From Zymomonas mobilis subsp. mobilis ATCC 10988 (GTDB lineage: Bacteria > Pseudomonadota > Alphaproteobacteria > Sphingomonadales > Sphingomonadaceae): DNA of 32,000 bases. The notes beneath the pieces are model-generated. The model was not told the DNA's origin. It did not search any database and saw only the letters and a list, made by a program, of their open reading frames with translations. Below, one piece after another: positions 10,347-18,611 of this stretch (position 1 is its first letter; every line of letters starts with the position of its first letter). The translations under genes were made by a program, and so were the position numbers. The stretch lies in assembly GCF_000175255.2 (NCBI RefSeq), contig NC_017262.1, positions 420,001-452,000 of the forward strand. The letters run 5' to 3'.

Positions 10347-10736
10347 ATGAAATTGAAATATTTAACACTTCTGGCTCTTTTTGTAACCACACCAATTTTG
10401 GCTGAAGAGAATTCGAAAAATATCAATATTCAAGAAAAGGCCTATCATTACTTATGTGATAACAAGAAAAATGTGACGGCGCATTATATCAATTCAGAAG
10501 ATCAGAGTAGAAAAGAAACTGTTTCTTTTCTTCGCCTTGATATTGGCGATCAAAGCTATGGTCTTACAGAGGCGGTTTCGGCCAGTGGCGAGCGTTATAT
10601 CGGCCATCATGGGCTGGATTTATCCCATGGCCTTATCTGGTGGAGCAAAGGTGACTCCGCTTTTCTGTCAGTTTTTAAAGGCGATAATGCCCAAAATTCT
10701 CGTATTATTTATCGGAATTGCCGTTTACTAAAATAA
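10347..10736 (+). CDS. Periplasmic protein resembling MliC/PliC C-type lysozyme inhibitors
   Basis: Signal peptide (LTLLALFVTTPILAE) followed by YHYLCDNKKNVTAHYIN...AVSASGERYIGHHGLDLSHGLIWWSKGDSAFL...YRNCR, which matches the MliC-style pattern. Confidence 0.6.
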   Translation: MKLKYLTLLALFVTTPILAEENSKNINIQEKAYHYLCDNKKNVTAHYINSEDQSRKETVSFLRLDIGDQSYGLTEAVSASGERYIGHHGLDLSHGLIWWSKGDSAFLSVFKGDNAQNSRIIYRNCRLLK

Positions 10737-11580
10737 ACAAGACACTGAACCAATTTAAGAAGAAACGCGGTTTCGGCCTTGGTTTTTCGCCATATAGAGA
10801 CGCTCGTCCGCCCGTTCTAACAAGGAATTGGCATCGTCATTTTCCTTCATAACGGCAACCCCGATACTAACCGTCACAGGGATTTCTCTACCTTGGTAAG
10901 GAACTGGCTTTTCGGAAATCGCATTCCCAATACGTGAGGCAACCTGACAAGTTGTCTCCATATCGGCATTGGGCAGCATAATAACAAACTCTTCTCCGCC
11001 ATAGCGTGCCGCGAAATCCTGTTGTCGAATATTTTCAGTAATTTTCTGGGCAATATATTGAATAACGGCATCGCCTGCCAAATGCCCTTCGTTGTCATTT
11101 ATCTTTTTGAAAAAGTCGATATCTAGAATAAAAACAGAAAACTGGTCTTTTGTTTTACTAAATTGCGCACAATTTTTTTCAAACATTTCTGTAAAGGCGC
11201 GTCTATTAAGTAGACCTGTTAATTCATCAGTATTCGCTAATTCTTTTAGACGAAGATTGGTTTCCTGCAACTCCAAAGTTTTATTAGTAATCATCAGTCG
11301 TAATTTTCTAATCTGATTAGATATCAGATCATAGAGAAATAATGCTAAAACTATGATCAGAGCAATTTTAACAAAACGGTATTCATACCACCTGTATTCA
11401 ACATTCACTGGGAAATGCGTTTCAAGAATAGGCTGCTTTATACCAGGGATAGTCGCTCGAAGGGCAAAGGTAAAATGGCCTGCTGGTAAATGGGAATAAA
11501 TAACAAAAGGCACACTACCTGCCGGTAAGTTAAGCCATTCAGAATCCTGCCCTAACAAACGATAGCTATAATGTATTTGC

Positions 11581-11584
11581 CTAG
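11581..11584. repeat. Left CTAG target-site duplication of the IS element
   Basis: CTAG directly outside the left terminal repeat, matched by CTAG at 12432..12435. One copy restores the host reading frame. Confidence 0.85.
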
Positions 11585-12431
11585 GTTCTGTTGACAAAGG
11601 GTATAATTTAAGATTTTTAGAGATAACTTGAGAACAAGTTTTGTAGGGTAGATAGGATGCGAGGAGATCTGACGGACGCGGAGTGGGAGATAATACAGGG
11701 TCTTCTTCCAAGCGAACGAGGCCGCTGCGCGCGTCCCGCCAAAAGTAATCGGTTATTTCTCAATGGTATGCTTTATGTGCTTCGAACAGGCTGCCCGTGG
11801 CGAGATATGCATGAACGTTATGGGAAATGGAATTCGGTCTATGTTCGGTTTCGTAGGTGGGCAGAACAGGGTGTGTGGGACGCTCTTCTTGAAACTCTCG
11901 TTGACCTTGGCCTGACAGATGACTGGCAACATATGATAGATAGTACGATTATTCGCGCCCACAGCCAAGCGGCTGGCGCAAAAGGGGGACGTATAAGGAA
12001 GGCTTTGGTCGCAGTCGCGGAGGCTTTACGAGCAAGATCCACGCCCGTTCCGATGGTCAAGGCCGCCCTCTAGCTTTCGCACTAACCGGTGGTGAGGTCT
12101 CTGATTATTCTGGCGCTGATAGCTTGATAGATATCCCTGTCACAACACCCCACTGTTTTCTCGCTGATAAAGGATATGATAGCGATAGGTTACGCGAAAA
12201 ACTGCTTTTTCGAGGCATTCTTCCTGTTATCCCGCCTCGTTCCAATCGAAAAAAGCCTATTCCTTATAATCTCCAGCACTACAAAGATCGTAATCGTATT
12301 GAGCGGATGTTTAATAAGCTAAAGCAGTTCAGGCGCATTGCCACACGCTATGACAAAACCAGAAAATCTTTTCTCGCCTTCCTTCATCTCGCGGCCGTAA
12401 AATTGTGGTTACCTTCCTTTGTCAACAAAAC
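11585..12431 (+). mobile_element. IS5-family insertion sequence (IS427-like by transposase type), 847 bp
   Basis: Terminal inverted repeats GTTCTGTTGACAAAGG (11585-11600) and CCTTTGTCAACAAAAC (12416-12431), 15/16 matching. Flanked by a CTAG duplication. Encodes a DDE transposase in two overlapping frames. Confidence 0.93.
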
Positions 12432-12435
12432 CTAG
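11657..12435 (+). CDS. IS5-family transposase, orfA/orfB joined by a probable -1 frameshift
   Basis: orfA MRGDLTDAEWEIIQGLLPSERGR...AKSNRLFLNGMLYVLRTGCPWRDMHERYGKWNSVYVRFRRW...DSTIIRAHSQAAGAKG runs in frame 2. The continuation GTYKEGFGRSRGGFTSKIHARSDGQGRPLAFALTGGEVSDYSGAD...FLADKGYDSDRLR...RNRIERMFNKLKQFRRIATRYDK is in the -1 frame. The frames join at AAAAGGGGG (11980-11988). Confidence 0.88.
12432..12435. repeat. Right CTAG target-site duplication of the IS element
   Basis: CTAG directly outside the right terminal repeat, matching 11581..11584. Confidence 0.85.
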
Positions 12436-14788
12436 AAAAACCGTAATCCAGAAGAGAAAATCTTATTAACAAATTTTTGGCATGTGAAGGTAGATTCAGA
12501 GGCTGACCTTCTTTCGGAATTTTTCCATAAGGCAGCTCATTGCCATTAAATTTGACGCTAGTAATAGCTAGGCCAGCTTTAGGCTGTGGTATTATATCAG
12601 GATGGAAATCGGCTGGAATAACCGTCAGACCATTCGATCCACCCAATAAAATTTCGCCATCCGCTCCGATTGCGGCGCTATCCCGATAATAGATCATTTT
12701 ATCGCTATCGCTATGACGATTTATTTGATCTATTTTTTGTGTCTTTGGATTTATCGCAGCAATAGTGCTGCTACCAACTATCCAGAGTCGATTTTTAGTA
12801 TCGTTTATTAAACTCTGAATAGTCTCACAGAATAACTCGCTCTCCGGCATCGGCACCACAGAAAGAGTATTGCCCTGCTTTTTCAGCAAACCACCTCTAA
12901 TTCCAACCCAAAGTATTTTTCCGGCCGACCGAAGTGCTGCAATATAGTCATTAGGGATAGTGTTGATATTATCATTTCGATGGAAAATGTTATAAAATTT
13001 TTTATTCTTGGGAATATAAAAACTAAGTCCCTTTGCCGTAGCAATCACCAAAATATTATCATGAAAGGCTAAGTCTAATATTCTATTATTAGCTAGACTA
13101 TTCGAATCGCTATTCGTATGCGTTAAGTGTTCTGTTTTTTTATTCTTTATATCGTAAATATATAAGCCTTCTGGAGTGCCGATATAGAGAATGTTATTTT
13201 TATAAAGAAGATTGGTGACAATCAGATTTTCTGGCAAATCTGGGACAGAGTAAGGCGAGACTTCTAGATTTCGAGGATTTATCAGGCTCAAACCTTTAGA
13301 AGCGGCTAAAATACTACCATCGCCCAATTCGACAAGGCTATGAATCCCTTCCCCTGAAGCCATGCCTTTTGATCTCAAATGCCGAATAAAGCCTTGTTTT
13401 TTATCAAAATAGTCGATCTGTCCATTCTCGAGACCTAGCCAAATTTGCTTATACCGGCCAACTAAAATGGAATAGACATTGCGATCAGCAAGGGATTTGC
13501 TGCTAATACCGCTATTGTTAAAGGTAAAAATATGATCATTTTCATGATTGTAAAAAGCGATATTGTCTCCTGCCGCGATCCATATATTACCATTTTCTTC
13601 ACGATAAAAAGCGCGGATAGAATCCGTATCCAGATTTTCTGGAGCCGCTTCATTCTGATGAATAAAGCTTATTTTCCCGCTTTTTCTGTCAAGAGATAAT
13701 AACCCCCCACCTCTTGTTCCAATCCAAAGCGCACCGCTAAAGGTCTCTACAAAACTATTTACGGAATGATACCGAATAAAGGGACTCTCTTGTTTTAGAG
13801 ATTCAGGCTGATGTAATTTGCCATCTAACGTTATGTAAAAGACACCGCTAGATGCCGTTCCAATCCAAAGATAGCCCTTAGAATCCCTATAAAGCGCACG
13901 GATTCCTTCAATATTATTTTGAACTGATGTCTTGAAATGAATATAGGTAAATTTCTGATTATCTGGCGAATAACGGACTAGACCTTTATCCGTTCCTAAT
14001 AAAAGCGATCCATCCTTTTCTTGTAAAATCGCCCGTGTTTGACTGGAACAGGTGCCATTATCCTGACAAAAGACAAAAAATTGTCGGGTATGTTTTAAAT
14101 CAGAATCGATATGGGACAGACCAATATCCGATCCAATCCAATATCCCCCCTGCCTATCTGGGACAATCGCATAGATCCGACTACCTAGATATTGTTTTCC
14201 TGTCGCTGGATAGGGGTAAAAATTATTATCCATGGGATTAAAACGGACAACACCGGCAACATCCGTCCCAATGAGCAAGCCCCCATCTGGCAACGCTGCC
14301 AGACTATGAATAACGTTATCAGGCAAACTTAAATTATAAGAGGATGAATAGCGTAAGATATCCGCATGCTGTCCATCATAACGGATTAAGCCGCTGCCCG
14401 CTGTTCCGAACCAAAAAATTCCCTGTTTGTCTTTGGCAATCGCCGATATATTGCTGTTTAAATTTTGGTTGCCATTAGAAATGTCGACCGTCTGAATATA
14501 GACAGGCCGCCAATCCGCCCATGTGTCGGCGGCATTTAAAGATGTCATTCCTGCAAAAAAAACTGTGATACCTATATAAATATAAAGTAAAAACAGTCCT
14601 TTTTTTTGCAAAAAACAAGAAATGTACAACACACAGAAATCTTTTTAGGTTTCAAAAACTATTTATTTTATTTTGATATAATCTTTTCACCAACAAAATT
14701 TAACAAAAAAAATACAGATAACAGACAGTGAAAATATAAATATATGCACCTCTCAAAAGAGAGATGCATATACGAAAAGCAGCCTATT

Positions 14789-16234
14789 TTATAACAGGCT
14801 ATCGGCTAATCTTTTTCCAAGATCTGCATCGCAACGTCTAAATAATTCTATTTGCTTTTCTTTTATCGCATTAGGCACCGAGGGAGCACCCAGAGAAGCG
14901 ACCAAATTGGAAACTAAACGGGCTTTTTCATCCTCTTTCATCAAACGATAAAGTTTTCCGGGCTGTTCATAATTGTCATTTCCGGAATCTTCATAGCGGT
15001 CATAATGCCCCCCTTCACCATCAACCGCGATAGGCGGTTCTTTATAAGATGCGTTTTCAAAGGGCGAAGATGGATCAGAATTAGGTTCATAATTGACGGC
15101 ATCACCACCATTGCCATCAACCCGCATCGTGCCATCGCGATAATAACCATGAACAGGGCATCTTGGGCGGTTAACAGGAATCTGCGTCGCATTGATACCC
15201 AAACGGTAACGTTGTGTATCAGCATAGGCAAAAAGCCGTCCCTGCAACATCTTGTCAGGGCTAAAATAAAGGCCAGGTATAGTATTCGCTGGGGAGAAAG
15301 CGGCTTGCTCAACATCCTGAAAATAATTTTCGGGATTTTTATTAAGCTCGAAAAAGCCAACTTCCATCAACGGGAATTCCTTGTGATACCAGACTTTGGT
15401 AACATCAAAAGGATTAAGCCGCTGATTTCGGGCTTGTTCAGGCGTCATAATTTGGATTGCAACCTTCCACTTCGGGAAATCGCCTTTCTCGATCGAAGAA
15501 AAGAGATCTTCCTGATAATGGTCAGGATTGCTGCCTGCCAATTTTTCAGCTTCTTCGGCCTTCAAATTTTTGATGCCCTGTTGTGACAGGAAATGCCATT
15601 TCACATAATGGATATCTCCAGCCTCATTGATCATCGAATAGGTATGACTAGAAAAGCCATGCATAAAGCGATGACTAAGAGGAATACCACGATCAGAAAA
15701 GAGAATAAGAACCTGATGCAAACTTTCAGGACTTTGCGAGAAAAAGTCCCATACCATCTTGGGGTCTTTTAAATTCGTCTGTGGATTACGCTTTTGCGTA
15801 TGGATAAAATCTGGAAATTTTATCGCATCTCTGATGAAAAAGACGGGGGTATTGTTCCCGACTAAATCCCAATTCCCTTCTTCAGTATAAAATTTCAGGG
15901 CAAAACCGCGCGGGTCACGCACTGTATCTGCCGAGCCTCTTTCTCCGCCAACCGTAGAAAAACGGGCAAACATCGGTGTTTTTTTCCCGATTTCTGAAAA
16001 GATTTTGGCTTTTGTATAGCGGGTAATATCAGCTGTTACCGTTAGCTCACCAAAAGCGCCCGATCCTTTGGCATGAACAACCCTTTCCGGTGTCCGCTCG
16101 CGGTTGAAATGCGCTAATTTTTCAATGAGATAGACATCTTGGAGGAGGGTTGGGCCTCGTTTTCCTGCGGTGATACTATTTTGGTTATCACCAACAATGC
16201 GGCCTGATTCAGTCTGAAGATTGGGTCTAGTCAT
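14789..16234 (-). CDS. Monofunctional heme catalase (small subunit type)
   Basis: 481 aa ORF with [82 protein letters not shown] and [19 protein letters not shown]. Confidence 0.97.
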   Translation of the reverse strand: MTRPNLQTESGRIVGDNQNSITAGKRGPTLLQDVYLIEKLAHFNRERTPERVVHAKGSGAFGELTVTADITRYTKAKIFSEIGKKTPMFARFSTVGGERGSADTVRDPRGFALKFYTEEGNWDLVGNNTPVFFIRDAIKFPDFIHTQKRNPQTNLKDPKMVWDFFSQSPESLHQVLILFSDRGIPLSHRFMHGFSSHTYSMINEAGDIHYVKWHFLSQQGIKNLKAEEAEKLAGSNPDHYQEDLFSSIEKGDFPKWKVAIQIMTPEQARNQRLNPFDVTKVWYHKEFPLMEVGFFELNKNPENYFQDVEQAAFSPANTIPGLYFSPDKMLQGRLFAYADTQRYRLGINATQIPVNRPRCPVHGYYRDGTMRVDGNGGDAVNYEPNSDPSSPFENASYKEPPIAVDGEGGHYDRYEDSGNDNYEQPGKLYRLMKEDEKARLVSNLVASLGAPSVPNAIKEKQIELFRRCDADLGKRLADSLL

Positions 16235-16397
16235 AACGTCCCTCTTACCTGATTGGGATTTATGACTGAACGCATAGTCTAGGTGATTGTATCCTTAAAA
16301 ATTCGGCGGTGCGATGAAATGACCGAATAATAAGCTCTATTTTGATAGCTATCAAAAATTACCCTGCATTTTATTACAGGGTAATTTCAGATAAATA

Positions 16398-17804
16398 TTA
16401 TTTTCCAGTAAGAATACGGTCGATTAATTGTTGAACCGTAGGAATAAAATTATTGGCGTAGAAAGGATCGGTCTTAAACCGATATCCTGAATGACCGCAA
16501 AACATCAGATTGTCTTCGATCTCATCACTATGCGCAATATCCTGCAATGTTTTTTGAATGCAGAAGCTTCGTGGATCAGGCACACGGCCTGTCGTATTTT
16601 TGTCGGCTTCCGTCCATGAAGAAAAATTGCATTGGCTTAAACACCCCATGCAAGCGGCCTGATCTTTACGGATCATCCGCATTTCTTCTGTGGTAACAAA
16701 AACAAGCGTATTATCTGGCGTTCTTAATGCCGAGACATAGCCATCTTCCACCCACTGGCGCGCTCTTGCCAAATCACCTTCAGTGACCCAAAAACTGGCG
16801 CGGGCATTTACACCGACATCCAACAAATGTTGGTGATCGCCGGCTTCTTTACCCGAGAAAGCAATTTGACGCTCTGACCGCTCTTCTAGGTTTTTCAAAA
16901 ATCTATTTTTGATCGCCGAAGAATAAAATCCTGTTGGTGAAAAGCGATGCAATAAAACATCCCCTTCATCCAGCTGCATCAGACGTTTTTTCCATGGCAA
17001 AGAAATCGGACTTTCCTGCGTTACCAACGGACGCGTTCCAAATTGGAAAGCGATCGTGCCTAATTCAGGATTGTCGATCCAATCATTCCATTCCTCAAGA
17101 TGCCAAACACCGCCTGCCATAACGATGGGTATACTGTCAGGAATACCCACAGCACGCATCACCTTCCTGAGGGCATATACCCGTTCATAAGGCGGCTGCG
17201 GTGAGGCTGGATCTTCAGCATTGGATAAACCATTATGCCCCCCTGCCCGCCACGGATCTTCATAGACAACAGCGGCCAGAAATTCAGGTGCCTTGGAATA
17301 AGCACGTTTCCACAAGGCATTAAAGGCTCTAGCCGAAGAAACGATCGGCAAATAATAAACCTGATAATGGGCAGCAATCTCGGAAAGTTTATAAGGCATA
17401 CCGGCACCACAGGTAATGCCTGTCACCAGCCCTTTGGTCTGTTCCAAAACCTCTTTTAAAATAGTTTGGGAACCGCCCATTTCCCATAAAATATTGATAT
17501 TGATAGCACCCTTGCCGGATGCAATATCATGGGCGCGTTTAACCTGATCAATGGCACCATTTATGGCATATTGCACCAATTCTTGATGGCGTTCTGGACG
17601 GGTTTTGCTGTGGTATATTTGGGGAATAATCCGGCCATTTTCATCATAGCTATCTGCGTTAACAGCCGAAATTGTGCCAATGCCATTAGCAGCCGCCCAA
17701 GCGCCTGCACTCATATGATCCGATGCGGCGATACCTTTCCCGCCTTCAATCAGAGGCCATACTTCACGCTTGCCGTAACGGATTGGGTGCAAGCCTTTGA
17801 ACAA
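16398..17804 (-). CDS. 2-nitropropane dioxygenase / nitronate monooxygenase-family flavin oxidoreductase with Cys-rich C-terminal motif
   Basis: 468 aa ORF with NILWEMGG, GLVTGITCGAGMPYKLSEIA, PIVMAGGVWHLEEW and IAFQFGTRPLVTQES. The C-terminus has CMGCLSQC...SFC. Confidence 0.8.
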   Translation of the reverse strand: MFKGLHPIRYGKREVWPLIEGGKGIAASDHMSAGAWAAANGIGTISAVNADSYDENGRIIPQIYHSKTRPERHQELVQYAINGAIDQVKRAHDIASGKGAININILWEMGGSQTILKEVLEQTKGLVTGITCGAGMPYKLSEIAAHYQVYYLPIVSSARAFNALWKRAYSKAPEFLAAVVYEDPWRAGGHNGLSNAEDPASPQPPYERVYALRKVMRAVGIPDSIPIVMAGGVWHLEEWNDWIDNPELGTIAFQFGTRPLVTQESPISLPWKKRLMQLDEGDVLLHRFSPTGFYSSAIKNRFLKNLEERSERQIAFSGKEAGDHQHLLDVGVNARASFWVTEGDLARARQWVEDGYVSALRTPDNTLVFVTTEEMRMIRKDQAACMGCLSQCNFSSWTEADKNTTGRVPDPRSFCIQKTLQDIAHSDEIEDNLMFCGHSGYRFKTDPFYANNFIPTVQQLIDRILTGK

Positions 17805-18401
17805 GTTAATCCTCCCTTAAAATGCAATTTTCTTAATTTGGGTCAAAGCGCTTTTATCAATAAAAAACGCAGAAGTTTAGTTTCAAATCATTCTCGCGAG
17901 GCACAAAATTTTAAATCAGCTCTTTTAAAAAGGGAATGAAATATTTTAAAGATTTAATCAAAAAATGGGAAAAGATTTTTTAAAAACCACCCTTAGTTAA
18001 TACTATTTTTCAAAATTAAATAATTCATAACAACAAAATTATTCAAAAATAAATTTTATTGTTATTTAAATTTTTTGCGATTTAACTAACTCTTTTCGCC
18101 CAAAGAGATGGTTCATTCAAAACTAAATTCGCTTTCGACTATTCTATCGTCAAAATTTCAGAGTTTGGGTGCTTTTTATTATATAAGGATAAAATGAAAA
18201 AATACGACCATCTCTATGAAGAATATCTTAATAAAAAAATTAATCTAAGTTACAAAAAAATACATTATATAAATTTACTTTTCCGTCAAATGATATAAAT
18301 TGACCGCAAGTATTAGGGAGAGAATTCCAGTCCACCTGCTCCAAGATAGGTGGGCTGGAATATCCTGATTTGGTTATCCAATAACCGCTGTTATTTTCAG
18401 A

Positions 18402-18611
18402 TCAGGCAACTATATCATATCCTAAATCATCTATTTCTTTTCTCAAGACATCTTCCGACACCTCGTCCGGATTATAATCTATAGTGACGGCTTTATTCTT
18501 TAAAGATGCCGTGGCAGCAGAAACGCCCTGTAACTGGCCTAAATGGCCTTCAATCGTTTTAACGCATTTCTCGCAATGCATCCCTTCGACCTGAAAAATC
18601 ACACGGGTCAT
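18402..18611 (-). CDS. copZ: CopZ-like heavy-metal-associated domain chaperone
   Basis: 69 aa HMA fold with FQVEGMHCEKCVKTIEGHLGQLQGV...VTIDYNPDEVSEDVLRKEIDDLGYDI. It overlaps the copA stop by ATGA. Confidence 0.85.
   Translation of the reverse strand: MTRVIFQVEGMHCEKCVKTIEGHLGQLQGVSAATASLKNKAVTIDYNPDEVSEDVLRKEIDDLGYDIVA

Larger units (their letters stand above)
10755..14632 (-). pseudogene. Beta-propeller (Reg_prop) / Y_Y_Y / TM / GGDEF diguanylate cyclase sensor gene, disrupted by an IS5-family insertion
   Basis: The 5' part (12422..14632) encodes propeller repeats such as DKQGIFWFGTAGSGLIRYDG and ends LLIRFSLLDYGFSR. The 3' part (10755..11580) encodes RQIHYSYRLLGQDSEWLNLP, a TM segment and a GGDEF domain (NTDELTGLLNRRAF, ARYGGEEFVIML). 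Joining across one CTAG is exactly in frame (3027 nt including stop). Confidence 0.92.

Noticed and set aside
11753-12060. Minus-strand ORFs inside the IS element
   Set aside because: They are opposite-strand frames of the transposase and do not resemble passenger genes.
12422-14632. Treating the 736 aa propeller ORF as a complete stand-alone periplasmic protein
   Set aside because: Its last codons (FC*) come from the IS terminal repeat, and the Y_Y_Y domain is cut mid-strand. The continuation is found on the other side of the IS.
14941-15586. Overlapping ORFs within the catalase gene, including one of 193 aa
   Set aside because: The catalase frame has complete conserved motifs, and the alternative frames show only translated antisense/offset sequence.
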